64,000 nucleotides of DNA from Bdellovibrionota bacterium (GTDB taxonomy: Bacteria > Bdellovibrionota > UBA2428). Positions 29,145 to 39,204 of the stretch are shown here, in pieces. The notes under the pieces were generated by a model. The model was not told where the DNA came from and searched no databases. It saw nothing but the letters and a program-made list of their open reading frames with translations. The stretch is taken from NCBI GenBank assembly GCA_041750195.1, contig JBGSZX010000063.1, forward strand, positions 35,131 through 99,130. The letters run 5' to 3'. Both the position numbers and the translations under genes were made by a program. Every line of letters starts with the position of its first letter. Positions within the stretch are counted from its first letter, which is position 1.

Positions 29145-29669
29145 ATGACTCAGAATATTTCTTCTGCATCCAAAGTTTCTGCCCCTAAAGTTGCAGTTTA
29201 TGCCGGAAGCTTTGATCCAATAACGTGGGGGCATGTGGATGTTCTTCAAAAAGGGGCGAGAGTCTTTGATAAAATTGTTCTTTTGATTGCGGAGAATTCG
29301 CAGAAAAAATATTTGTTTTCGGCGCAAAAACGCCTGGAATTGGCAACGGATTCGTTGGCTTTTATGACTTTGCCCTGCGAAATTGAAGTTTGTACTCACG
29401 CTGGCTTGTTGGCTGACTTCTGCCGAGAAAAAAACATTTCGTTCTTACTCCGAGGATTGCGAGCTATCAGCGATTATGAGAATGAATTGCAGGTCGCAAC
29501 AATGAATCGAAAATTATTGCCGGGTCTCGAGACTTTACTTGTGATGGCAGATGAAAAGCATTTTTTCTTAAGCAGTTCTTTGGTAAAAGAAGTCGCTCAA
29601 CACGGTGCTCCCCTCGATGATTTGGTTCCCGCTCCGGTGGCGAAGGCTTTACGTGCCCAGTTTGCCTGA
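29145..29669 (+). CDS. coaD: Phosphopantetheine adenylyltransferase
   Basis: YAGSFDPITWGH, LRGLR..SDYE, SSSLVKE. Confidence 0.96.
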   Translation: MTQNISSASKVSAPKVAVYAGSFDPITWGHVDVLQKGARVFDKIVLLIAENSQKKYLFSAQKRLELATDSLAFMTLPCEIEVCTHAGLLADFCREKNISFLLRGLRAISDYENELQVATMNRKLLPGLETLLVMADEKHFFLSSSLVKEVAQHGAPLDDLVPAPVAKALRAQFA

Positions 29670-29730
29670 ATTGATTTTGCTCAAATAATCCGCTGACATT
29701 GATCTCTTTGTGCAGTAGCAATCTATTCAT

Positions 29731-30900
29731 ATGATCACTTCTAAAGTTCAAGAAAGTCAAACCTTAGCATTGTTGGGAAAAGTTCGGGCCATGAAGGCGG
29801 CAGGGGAAGATGTTGTTTCTTTTGCAGCAGGTGAACCCGATTTTGATACACCGAAAGAAGTCATCGACGCCGCCGAAAAAAGTATGCGTGCTGGCAACAC
29901 TCGTTATGTTGCGAGCCAAGGGCAGGCTAATGTCCGCGAGTGGGTTGCAAAAGATGCTCGTGAACGTTTAGATTCCACTTGGGTTCAGCCGGAACATGTT
30001 ATTGTAGCGGGCGGCGCAAAGCAGGCCCTTTACTTGCTTTTTGATTCTATCTTGGGTCCAGGCGACGAAGCTATGATCCCAATTCCTTATTGGGTTTCTT
30101 ACCCGGGGATCACAAAAGTTGTTGGTGGAACTCCTAACTACGTTAAGACTCAAGAGGCCAATGGCTATTTCCCAACGGTTGAAGAATTGAACGCTGCCTA
30201 CAATCCAAAAGTTAAGGCACTTGTTTTTTCGTCACCTTCTAATCCTACCGGAAAAATGATTGATGCTGATTTGCTTAGGGCGATTGGTGAATGGTGTATC
30301 AATAAAAAAGTTTATCTTTTGTACGACGAGCTTTACGAACGACTCGTTTTGAACGATGAAAAACAACACGTTTCTTTGTTTTCGCAATTCTCCGAATCTG
30401 AGTCTGAGTATTTGTTTTCAGTAAATGCTTGTTCCAAAACCCTGGCCATGACGGGTTGGCGTTTAGGGTGGATTTTGGGGCATAAAGAAAACATTCAGAG
30501 GTTAACGGCCATTCAATCTCAAATGGTGACTTGTTATCCTGGTTTTGTGCAAGACGGCGTTGTGGCAGGCCTTGAAGCGGCCCCCGGATTTTTGCCGCCC
30601 ATCGTAGAGGCCTACAAATCTCGTCGTAAAAAAATAGTTAAAGGGATCAATGCCATTCCTGGTTTGAAATGTGTTGAGCCCGATGGTGCATTTTATTTAT
30701 TTGTAAATATCGAAGGTGTTCTTAAGGCTAAGAAGTGGGCTGATGACAAAGAGTTTGCTGCGCGGGTCTTAGAACAGCAAAAGGTTGTTGTGATCCCCGG
30801 CTCTTCATTTGGAATGCCTAACTGGATCAGACTTTCATTTGCGACAAGTGAAGCCGAGATTGACCGTGGCATCGAGCGCTTGAAGACGTTTTGTTCATAG
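29731..30900 (+). CDS. PLP-dependent class I (aspartate) aminotransferase
   Basis: AGEPDF, SPSNPTG, DELY, SKTLAMTGWRLG, GAFY, RLSFA. Confidence 0.93.
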   Translation: MITSKVQESQTLALLGKVRAMKAAGEDVVSFAAGEPDFDTPKEVIDAAEKSMRAGNTRYVASQGQANVREWVAKDARERLDSTWVQPEHVIVAGGAKQALYLLFDSILGPGDEAMIPIPYWVSYPGITKVVGGTPNYVKTQEANGYFPTVEELNAAYNPKVKALVFSSPSNPTGKMIDADLLRAIGEWCINKKVYLLYDELYERLVLNDEKQHVSLFSQFSESESEYLFSVNACSKTLAMTGWRLGWILGHKENIQRLTAIQSQMVTCYPGFVQDGVVAGLEAAPGFLPPIVEAYKSRRKKIVKGINAIPGLKCVEPDGAFYLFVNIEGVLKAKKWADDKEFAARVLEQQKVVVIPGSSFGMPNWIRLSFATSEAEIDRGIERLKTFCS

Positions 30901-30943
30901 GTTGTCGTCTGCGCGGCTAAGCAACTTCATGGCTGTGCCTATT

Positions 30944-31016
30944 GCTATTCGTTCACAGTCTATTTGTGCTCACGCTATTTGTGCTCATGCTATTCGTTCA
31001 CATACTATTTTGATTC
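30944..31016. repeat. Degenerate ~15-bp tandem repeats (GCTATTCGTTCACA / GCTATTTGTGCTCA), about 5 copies
   Basis: Seen directly downstream of the transposase-like gene. Confidence 0.75.
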
Positions 31017-31100
31017 GAGCATTCATCTGATGGACGAGCCATCGTCGCTAGGTTCGTGCGCGGGCCATCATCTGACACAAGGGTTTTGGTGCAGGAGTTA

Positions 31101-31700
31101 TTAGCCAAAGCCCGCCGCTATCAGCGTGGGCGATCGTCTTAAAAGTCCTTGATCAAAAGCATCTTGAATTTCTGCAAAGATCGCTCTAGTTCCAGCCCGA
31201 TTCATTCTAAGGTTAGTTTCGTTAGTATTGATGCCGATATATTTGAGAACGTTTCTAAACTCTTTGCCCCAACTCACAAGCCTAGTCCATGGTCTTGAAT
31301 CCCAGAATCTAGAATCAAAAGCGTCACGCGCCTTTTCTGTTTTTGTTCCCATCGCGAGTTGCGCCACTCGGCCTGTAAAACCTTTTAAGAAGGCCGAAAG
31401 CTGTTCGCGAGAAGGCGCCTGTATCAAGAGGTGGAGGTGATTCCCGGCATTAGCAGCAGCGTAGATTTTGATGTGATGTTTCGCTGCCTGAACTTGAAGG
31501 ATCTGTTCAATTTTGTCATTGAGTCGAATGAGCGAGCGCGTACCGTTGGCATTTTCTGATCGCATTACAATATGCATTGGAAGGGTACGCTTGAAAATAC
31601 GTTTTACTTTAGGATTTGATTTCTTAAGTAGGCTGCCGCCAAAAGCAGTCGAATGTGCAAGCCAGCCTCGAGGGAAGAGTTTTGTTTGCTTGCTCGTCAT
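31101..31700 (-). mobile_element. Y1 (HUH) transposase, IS200/RAYT-like
   Basis: PMHIVMR, NAGNHLHLLI (HUH), FWDSRPWTRLV, and the catalytic-type Tyr in VLKYIGIN. Confidence 0.85.
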
Positions 31701-31740
31701 ATTGATTTCATAGTAGCGATGGGTCGAGAAATCAAGAACC

Positions 31741-31940
31741 GGAGTCGAAAATATTAAAAAAGTTTGACTCCTCCTCGCGTGAGTCGATATTCAATGACTC
31801 AAGACTCAAGACTCACAAAGGTTTAGATGATGATTGGGAATAAATAGGAGCACTCGCGGCGCAAACATGCACAAGCAAGCGCAATCAGTCGCCACCAAGC
31901 ACTTGCGGCGCAATCAGTCGCAAGCAAACGTAAGCAAGCG
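31741..31940. repeat. GAGTC/GACTC hairpins and short direct repeats upstream of the transposase
   Basis: GGAGTCGAA..TTTGACTCC (31741-31771), GAGTC..GACTC (31781-31800), AAGACTC x2, GCGCAATCAGTCGC x2 (31879, 31908), several CAAGCA. Confidence 0.7.
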
Positions 31941-31965
31941 AAAGTGTTGCTCGAGTAAAGGAAAA

Positions 31966-33405
31966 CTATCCGAACAGTGCCATCCAATGTGCAAAGTCTT
32001 TTTCGGCGCGCGCTTTCAGTTTTTGCTTTTTATCTTTGTCGCGTTCGCCAATGCCGTTTAGGGGAACAAGTCCCCAGTTCACATTCATGGGCTGAAAATT
32101 CTTGTGATTTCCATTGTAAGTCGCATGCGCCAAGGCACCCAAAACGGTTGTCTCTGGAGGCGGCAAGGCCGTGCTCATTCCGCGAAGCTCCAAGCTCGTA
32201 AGCCGGCCTACAAGGGCGCCAATCGCGCAAGATTCAAGATATCCTTCGACACCTGTAATCTGCCCCGCAAAACGAATCCACGGATGTTTTTTTAAGCGCA
32301 AATTGCAGTCGAGCAAACTTGGAGAATGAATAAAGGTGTTTCGATGTAAGCTTCCTAATCTATAAAACTCGGCATTCGCGAGCCCAGGAATCATTTTAAA
32401 TATTCTACTCTGCTCCCCGTATTTTAATTTTGTTTGAAAGCCAACCAAACTCCAGGCTCGTCCTTCGCGATCTTCTTTGCGAAGCTGCACGACGGCGTAG
32501 GGACGTTGTCCTGTACGTGGATCGGTGAGGCCCACGGGTTTCATGGGACCAAACAACAAAGAGCGCTCGCCTTTTTCAAGAATGGCTTCGATGGGTTGGC
32601 AGCCTTGAAAATATTTAGCTTTTTCATAATTGTGAGCGGGCACAACGTCAGCTGCCTTTAGTGCCGCGATAAAATTATCGAACTCTTCTTTGGTAAAAGG
32701 GCAATTCAAATAATCGCCATCATCGCTTCCCTCGGCGCTCAAATTTTTGTCATAGCGATTTTGTGTAAATGCGATGCTTTTGTCGATGGATTCACCGGTG
32801 ATGATAGGGGCAATGGCATCATAAAAGTATAATTTTTCGCCCAAAAGTGGCTCAAGACTTTTCGCCAAATCTTCCGACGTCAATGGGCCCGTTGCAAAAA
32901 CACATGGTAATTCTTTTCCATTCGAAGAAGACAGTGCAGATTCCCAATGTGTGAGAGGTTGGCGCAAGACTGTAATGTTGGAATGCTTTTCGATGGACTC
33001 TGTGATTAGTTTAGAAAAATGTATGCGATCAACGGCAAGAGCCTGCCCAGCAGGAACTTCACTTTGGCTTGCCGCTTTTAATATCAGCGAATTCATTTGT
33101 GTTAATTCGTGCTTTAAAATGCCCGGCGCACTTTCGACATCTTTAGATTTTAATGAATTGCTGCAAACAAGCTCGGCAAAATCGGGTCCTGTGTGAGCTT
33201 CGTTTGAGCGAACGGGACGTTGCTCAATCAGTAAAACTTTGTGACCCCTTTCGGCCAATTGCCATGCACACTCGGAGCCGGCGAGCCCAGCACCCACTAC
33301 GATGGCCTCGCATCCCTGACTTTCGATAAGGGTAGAAATTTTGATTTGGGGATCGATGTTGATTTCGCTCATATATTTTTGGTTTCGCTCACTAGTTTCG
33401 CTCAC
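31966..33405 (-). CDS. trmFO: tRNA (uracil-5-)-methyltransferase TrmFO (Gid); start may be 33372
   Basis: GAGLAGSE, AELVCSNS, YFYDAIAP, FGPMKPVG, VGFQT, FAGQITGVEGY, FQPMN. Confidence 0.96.
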   Translation of the reverse strand: MSETSERNQKYMSEINIDPQIKISTLIESQGCEAIVVGAGLAGSECAWQLAERGHKVLLIEQRPVRSNEAHTGPDFAELVCSNSLKSKDVESAPGILKHELTQMNSLILKAASQSEVPAGQALAVDRIHFSKLITESIEKHSNITVLRQPLTHWESALSSSNGKELPCVFATGPLTSEDLAKSLEPLLGEKLYFYDAIAPIITGESIDKSIAFTQNRYDKNLSAEGSDDGDYLNCPFTKEEFDNFIAALKAADVVPAHNYEKAKYFQGCQPIEAILEKGERSLLFGPMKPVGLTDPRTGQRPYAVVQLRKEDREGRAWSLVGFQTKLKYGEQSRIFKMIPGLANAEFYRLGSLHRNTFIHSPSLLDCNLRLKKHPWIRFAGQITGVEGYLESCAIGALVGRLTSLELRGMSTALPPPETTVLGALAHATYNGNHKNFQPMNVNWGLVPLNGIGERDKDKKQKLKARAEKDFAHWMALFG

Positions 33406-33508
33406 AAGTTTTGTTCACTGGTTTCGCTAGTTGGTTTTGATCTACTGTGCCACTTCTAGTTTTGCCATTTATATCTATTTCAAAAAACTCAAAATTCTTG
33501 CTTGATAA

Positions 33509-34501
33509 ATGCTCAGAATTTACCTAGCTTTTGCCGCAATGAGCCGAAGACTTCAATGGCTTTTTGGTGGATTTCGTCAAACGCCTCTCATATCCGTCTA
33601 TAGTTTTTTCGCGGGCTTCTTCTTGCTCAAAATGCTGATTTCGGAATTTTTGAGTTTGGCATTTACTTTGTCGGGGCGAGGCGAGGGATTTTCGGCGCAA
33701 GTTATTGAAAATAATGAGATATTTATTCAATCAATTTCGCTTCTTTTGGGCATTTGGTTGGTATTTGGGAAGGCATCCTCGGGGGCATTAAAGGCATCTA
33801 TTGGCGATTCCTTGGGTTTTGCAGATGGAAGTACCACGCTTAAATTTCGTCGATTGCTTACGGAGGCTCTTGGTCCTGCGGCTAAAGCCTTTTCATTGGC
33901 GAGTATTGGCGTGGCTTTATGCCTTAGTTTTGGTTTGTTCCGCCTTGAGGGCCCTGTTCTTGATCTGTCATGGATAGGCGTGTGGTCGCCACTTTGGCTA
34001 TTACGCGCCTTTTCATTTTTCCTTTGGGTATTGGTTCTTGAGATGACGAGGCATCACTTGATGAAAGCTTTGCTTTTTGAACGTGGAACGGAGCTCATTG
34101 GACGCATGGCTCTCATATTGTTTGAGGGCTATTTGATCTTTAAGGTCTTCCGCTTGCCCGGTGAAACTTTAGAGCAAGGGCTAGTTGCAGCTGTTTCGAT
34201 TTGGGTTGCTGCGTTGATGCAAATTTGGACGGGTTATCGTGTTCGCAGTAGATTGGCGGCCTGGAAGCGTACGATTGCTCTTAGCATCTTCTTGATCACC
34301 ATTTTTGGAGTCTATGGCTTACCTTTTTCTTGGGGGCGAAGCGTTTCTTTGTACTCGGCCCTTAGCGGCGGTGACGAGCTCGGTTCAGTCGCAATGGGGC
34401 TTTTGATCGAGCCTTATTTGCTGGGCAACGTCATTTTCATTGGAATGCTGACGTTATTGTCGTGCTTCATGCTACGCCGTGTTCACTCTCGAACATTATA
34501 G
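33509..34501 (+). CDS. Polytopic membrane protein, unknown function
   Basis: About 7-8 hydrophobic segments; directly upstream of tolQ. Confidence 0.7.
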   Translation: MLRIYLAFAAMSRRLQWLFGGFRQTPLISVYSFFAGFFLLKMLISEFLSLAFTLSGRGEGFSAQVIENNEIFIQSISLLLGIWLVFGKASSGALKASIGDSLGFADGSTTLKFRRLLTEALGPAAKAFSLASIGVALCLSFGLFRLEGPVLDLSWIGVWSPLWLLRAFSFFLWVLVLEMTRHHLMKALLFERGTELIGRMALILFEGYLIFKVFRLPGETLEQGLVAAVSIWVAALMQIWTGYRVRSRLAAWKRTIALSIFLITIFGVYGLPFSWGRSVSLYSALSGGDELGSVAMGLLIEPYLLGNVIFIGMLTLLSCFMLRRVHSRTL

Positions 34502-34558
34502 AATATCGATTTTGTAACTCTATTGCTCAGGACAGAGTTCAGCTCTAGAATTTTTAGA

Positions 34559-35245
34559 ATGAATACACCAAATGCACTTGAACTTGCGTCCGGCACAGGC
34601 CCGGTTGTCCAATTTGTTTTAATCAGTTTAGTTTTTCTGTCAGTGGTTTCTTGGTCAGTTATTTTAGGAAAGTGGATGGGCTTTCAAAAGGTGGCTCGAG
34701 AATCTACAAGGTTTCTAAATTTATTTTGGAACGGAAAATCTCTTGATGTTATTTATGCCGAAGCTAAATCTATGACCGATAGTCCGGTATCGAATGTTTT
34801 TCGAACTGGATATAAAGAATTTCAAAAAGTTGCGAAACGCGGCGAAGAAAAAAATGTAAATTCAGAAACCTTGGGGACTCGTGGAATGGAGAACGTTGAA
34901 CGCGCTCTAAAAAAAGCTTCCGTTTCCGAATCTATGAAGCTCGAAAAAAGATTGCCATGGCTAGCAACGATTGCATCGACGTCGCCGTACGTGGGTCTGT
35001 TTGGAACGGTTTGGGGAATCATGAACGCCTTTCAAGGCATTGGTCAGGGGGGCCCGGCAACGCTTCAAAACGTCGCGCCAGGAATATCTGAGGCTTTGAT
35101 CGCAACGGCTGTTGCGTTGGCGACGGCAATTCCAGCTTCAATATTTTACAATTTGAATGTAAACAAACTTAAAACTTTTCGAGTCCAGATGGATGGTTTT
35201 TCGGCTGACTTCAGCAACATCCTTCGCAGGGGTTACTTAGATTAA
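34559..35245 (+). CDS. tolQ: TolQ
   Basis: LATIASTSPYVGLFGTVWGIM, VAPGISEALIATA. Confidence 0.93.
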   Translation: MNTPNALELASGTGPVVQFVLISLVFLSVVSWSVILGKWMGFQKVARESTRFLNLFWNGKSLDVIYAEAKSMTDSPVSNVFRTGYKEFQKVAKRGEEKNVNSETLGTRGMENVERALKKASVSESMKLEKRLPWLATIASTSPYVGLFGTVWGIMNAFQGIGQGGPATLQNVAPGISEALIATAVALATAIPASIFYNLNVNKLKTFRVQMDGFSADFSNILRRGYLD

Positions 35246-35667
35246 TGGCTGGCCCAAACTTAAGCAGTGATAGTGATGATTACGCGCCAGTATCAGAAAT
35301 GAATATGGTGCCATTCATTGACGTGATGCTGGTGTTGCTCATTATTTCGATGGTCACGACTCCGTTTTTGGAGCAAGGCGTGAATGTTGAACTTCCTGTG
35401 GCTGGTGGCCAAAGTTTGCAGAAAGAAGTTTCTGCATCTCCAGTAATTCTTTACGTTTCGAAGAATCAGAATCTAAGAATCGGAGATAAACCTATTGCGC
35501 GAAGTGCGCTGACTAAAAACTTGTTAGAACAATTTAAAGACCGTGCCTCCAAAGAACTTTTTGTGAGAGCTGACAAAGCGGTTCCTTATGGTGTGGTTGC
35601 GGAAATCATGTCTGAAGTACAAAACGCTGGAATTGAACGCGTTGGCCTGGTCACCCAGCCAGAGTAA
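35245..35667 (+). CDS. tolR: TolR
   Basis: NMVPFIDVMLVLLII, RADKAVPYG. Confidence 0.92.
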   Translation: MAGPNLSSDSDDYAPVSEMNMVPFIDVMLVLLIISMVTTPFLEQGVNVELPVAGGQSLQKEVSASPVILYVSKNQNLRIGDKPIARSALTKNLLEQFKDRASKELFVRADKAVPYGVVAEIMSEVQNAGIERVGLVTQPE

Positions 35668-35700
35668 ATTTTTACTCAATAGGGGAGAAGAAAGGTAGCA

Positions 35701-36627
35701 ATGAGGGAAGTCGCTTTTTTGAAAAGCATGCGAGAGCATGTTCAAAAAAATCTACCTCCTATATCGTTGGAGAACGCAGAGTCCAGGGGACTCCCTGTTT
35801 CTATCGAAAACGATCCTTATAAAAAAACTTTTCTGACTTCTGCGCTCGCACATTTTACCTTCTTAATTCTCGCACTGATTGTTCCTCAGATTCTTCAAAT
35901 GGTTGGAGTGGGACCCTCCTATCAGGAAAAATTTAAGAAGAAAGAATTTAAAAACGCCATCAGGGTGGATTTGGTGGGGCTTCCCACCAAGAAGCTTATC
36001 GATTTGCAAAAAGTAGATCCTACTGAAGCTGTTGGTAAAAAAGTTGAAGAGGCTCCCGCGCCGCCGGCCCCGTCAGAATCGGCAATGATACTGCCAGATG
36101 AGCAAAAAAAAGTAGAAGAAGCTAAGGCCAAAGAGTTGCAAAACCAAAAGCTAAAGCTAAAGCAAGAATCGGTCGCAGAGAAGAAAAAAAAGAGGTTAAG
36201 CGAACTTAGGGCCTCCATGAAAATTGAGCAACGCCGTAAGGAGATGCTTAAAGAGCTGAGCGAAGGTGAAGTTGCCGATACGGGACGAGAAATCCTAGCT
36301 GGAAATATAGTTTCCCAGGGTTATAGTGTAACCGGGGATGTCGCGTCAGACATGGATGTCTATCAGGGGCACCTGAAGGTTCATATCAGGAAAAGTTGGA
36401 ATTTGCCGGGCTGGATGCAGGCATCAAATCTATCTGCAAAAGTATTGGTTAAATTTGCGCCCAACGGACGCATATTGTCGCAAGTATTTTTGAAAAACAG
36501 TGGAAACAGTGAATTCGATAGTCATGTTTTAAGGGCTATCAAAGAAGCAGAGCCTTTTCCAAAGCCGCCGCCAAGTTTAGAGCGTGAGGTAATGGAAGAA
36601 GGAGTTGAATTGGGCTATCCCCAATAA
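35701..36627 (+). CDS. tolA: TolA
   Basis: TM helix with S-x3-H, Lys/Glu-rich helical linker, C-terminal SGNSEFD...PFPKPP; between tolR and tolB. Confidence 0.85.
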   Translation: MREVAFLKSMREHVQKNLPPISLENAESRGLPVSIENDPYKKTFLTSALAHFTFLILALIVPQILQMVGVGPSYQEKFKKKEFKNAIRVDLVGLPTKKLIDLQKVDPTEAVGKKVEEAPAPPAPSESAMILPDEQKKVEEAKAKELQNQKLKLKQESVAEKKKKRLSELRASMKIEQRRKEMLKELSEGEVADTGREILAGNIVSQGYSVTGDVASDMDVYQGHLKVHIRKSWNLPGWMQASNLSAKVLVKFAPNGRILSQVFLKNSGNSEFDSHVLRAIKEAEPFPKPPPSLEREVMEEGVELGYPQ

Positions 36628-36640
36628 AGAGGAAAATTTT

Positions 36641-38044
36641 ATGAAAAATATTATAGCTATGTTGTCAGTTTGTTTCTTGTTTGTTCTGAGCCCGCTTAAG
36701 GCTAGGGCACAATCTGCGACCGAAGCAACAAGCCAAGTAAGTGCTGAGCCCTCGTCGGCGGATGCTTCTTCTGCGTCCACAGTTAGCGCGTCCGGGAGAA
36801 TTTATATTCCCGTGGGCGATGCAAACTTGAAAAAAGTACTTATGGCCGTTGAGCCAACGGTTGGTGGTGGAGCCCTTGCGAATTCTTTTTATGCCACATT
36901 AACAAGTGATATGGATTTTACAGATCTCTTTGAACTGTTGCCGCCCTCAAAATTGCCTGTTGCAAAGGGCGGGCTTGTCCCCGGAAGTTTTAAGTTTTCT
37001 CACTACAAAGCTTTGGGTGTTGAGTTCTTAATCAAGAGCGGAGTGAGCATTGCAAATGGCAAATACCAAGCCGAACTTAGGTTGTATGACGTAGCACGTG
37101 GTGTGCAAATCTTGGGACGTCTTTACCCCTTGGTGGGGCAAGTTGCCGATCCTGGCAGAAAGCTCGCTCACTATAGTGCGAATGATGTCATGCAGTCTTT
37201 GACTGGAGAGCCCGGTATCTTTCTGACGCGTATTTTGATGAGTTGTGGCAAGCGAAATAAAGAAATTTACGTTATGGATTTTGATGGAGCCAATGCATCG
37301 AAGCTCACTCGAGATGGAAATTTTGCACTTTCTCCTACTTGGTCACCAGACGGAAAATCCGTTGCTTTCACCTCATATCGAGCTTGGGGAACCAAGGGTG
37401 CTTTGAATCCCAATTTATACTCTTACAATATTGAAACTCGAGAGCGAAAAGTGGTTAGCTCGTCGAAGGGTTTAAATACAGGGGCATCCTATCATCCGCA
37501 TGAAAACAAAATTGCGTATACGTACTCTCAGAATGGAAAACCGGAAATCTACGTTTTCGATTTGGATAAAAAAGTGCGCTACCCCATTACCAAAACATTA
37601 TTTTTTAGTGTTGAGCCCGATTGGTCTCCTGACGGCAATCGACTGGTTTTTTCCTCTAGCAAAACAGGGCGCCCGCATATTTGGGTTGCCGATGCTAACG
37701 GTCAAAACGACAAGAGACTTACCTTTGCGGGGCGCTATAATAGTTCTCCAAATTGGTCTCCCAAAGGCGATAAAATTGCCTTTTCAGGACAAGAAAATGA
37801 TGGAAATAATTTTAACGTATTTACGATTGAGCCAGGCGGATCTAATTTAGCGCGCCTCACATCGGATTCGTTCTCAAACGAAAACCCTGTCTTTTCACCG
37901 GATGGTCGATTCCTTGCCTTTTCAAGCAAGGAATCTGGCACCTACCAAATCATGGTGATGACGGCTACTGGTGGCAGACGAAAAACGCTCACCTCTAAAC
38001 AATTGGGTGACTGCAAGCAGCCTGCCTGGTCTCCTAGGCTGTAG
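36641..38044 (+). CDS. tolB: TolB
   Basis: Signal peptide, TolB_N-like domain, repeated PxWSPDG PD40 blades. Confidence 0.92.
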   Translation: MKNIIAMLSVCFLFVLSPLKARAQSATEATSQVSAEPSSADASSASTVSASGRIYIPVGDANLKKVLMAVEPTVGGGALANSFYATLTSDMDFTDLFELLPPSKLPVAKGGLVPGSFKFSHYKALGVEFLIKSGVSIANGKYQAELRLYDVARGVQILGRLYPLVGQVADPGRKLAHYSANDVMQSLTGEPGIFLTRILMSCGKRNKEIYVMDFDGANASKLTRDGNFALSPTWSPDGKSVAFTSYRAWGTKGALNPNLYSYNIETRERKVVSSSKGLNTGASYHPHENKIAYTYSQNGKPEIYVFDLDKKVRYPITKTLFFSVEPDWSPDGNRLVFSSSKTGRPHIWVADANGQNDKRLTFAGRYNSSPNWSPKGDKIAFSGQENDGNNFNVFTIEPGGSNLARLTSDSFSNENPVFSPDGRFLAFSSKESGTYQIMVMTATGGRRKTLTSKQLGDCKQPAWSPRL

Positions 38045-38095
38045 TAACGCTTTCTGTGTTTGACATTGGGCCTGGGTCGGTAGAAACATAGGGCC

Positions 38096-38299
38096 ATGAT
38101 CGAAAAAGATATCAAGTCCCTAGATGAGCTTGTAAAAAAAATGGAATCCGATCAGCTCCCCCTTGAGGAGGCGCTGGATACTTTTAAAAAAGGTATTGAA
38201 CTCGTCAAAAAATGTAGTGAAACGCTCGAAAAGGCTGAACTACGTATCCGTGAAATTATTCAGGACGAGTCGGGTGAATTGAGTGAGTCAGATCTTTAA
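38096..38299 (+). CDS. xseB: Exodeoxyribonuclease VII small subunit
   Basis: LDELVKKME...LPLEEAL..FKKGIEL...C...LEKAE. Confidence 0.92.
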   Translation: MIEKDIKSLDELVKKMESDQLPLEEALDTFKKGIELVKKCSETLEKAELRIREIIQDESGELSESDL

Positions 38300-39200
38300 C
38301 AATCGGTTAAGCGCTTCGAAATTTCGACTGGATTCGTTTTTGTTCCAATGGTTGAGGCAAAATCAGGATTGGCATCCAGACCTTATAGAAGCGACCTCTC
38401 ATTGTATCATTGGAGCAGGCAAGGGGTTTAGACCCTTTTTGTATCTGGAGCTTTGTTCTGATTTGCAAAAGACAAATCAGCATTCAAATTCTAAATCATT
38501 AAAGACGGCACTAGCGATCGAATTTTTGCACACTTATTCTTTGATACATGATGATCTGCCCGCAATGGATGATGACGATTGGCGCAGATCAAGGCCCACT
38601 CTTCATAAATTGCACGGAGATGCGTTTGCTATTTTGGCCGGCGATGCTTTGTTGACCGCATCATTCGAACTTTTAGCAGAGGCCTTTGAGTCTTCCCCTG
38701 AAAAAGTAGCGCATGCTATTAAGGTTTTTGCGAAAGCTTCAGGCGCCGCGGGCATGATCAAGGGGCAATGGCTTGATCTAAAAAATAGCAAAGGGAAAGA
38801 AAATGAGAAAGCATTTGAAGCAGATAAGTTAAAAAAACTGCATCGGCTCAAAACAGGGGCTTTGTTGGGCGCTGTTGCAGAAATCGCAGCGCTTGAATCT
38901 TTGCCAATAAATATCTTTAAGGCGGAGGCCGAGTTTTTTCGCGAGTGGGGAATTGGCTTGGGTTTGCTTTTCCAGATGAGAGACGACATTTTAGATTTGG
39001 GAAATTCTAAAATCACCGGTAAATCTCATGGGAAAGATCAGCGACAAGGGAAGGCTACATTTGCGAACATTTATTCCACACAGGAACTATTGGACACAAT
39101 GAATGAATTGCAAGATGCTTTGATTCGTCATCATCCAAGGCCAATGTCCGAAACTTTTTCAAATGATTTTGTAAACTTTGCGGTTCGCCGATCTAATTAG
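38283..39200 (+). CDS. ispA: Farnesyl/geranyl diphosphate synthase
   Basis: HTYSLIHDDLPAMDDDDWRR, AILAGDALL, KTGAL, FQMRDDILD. Confidence 0.92.
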   Translation: MSQIFNNRLSASKFRLDSFLFQWLRQNQDWHPDLIEATSHCIIGAGKGFRPFLYLELCSDLQKTNQHSNSKSLKTALAIEFLHTYSLIHDDLPAMDDDDWRRSRPTLHKLHGDAFAILAGDALLTASFELLAEAFESSPEKVAHAIKVFAKASGAAGMIKGQWLDLKNSKGKENEKAFEADKLKKLHRLKTGALLGAVAEIAALESLPINIFKAEAEFFREWGIGLGLLFQMRDDILDLGNSKITGKSHGKDQRQGKATFANIYSTQELLDTMNELQDALIRHHPRPMSETFSNDFVNFAVRRSN

Positions 39201-39204
39201 AAAA

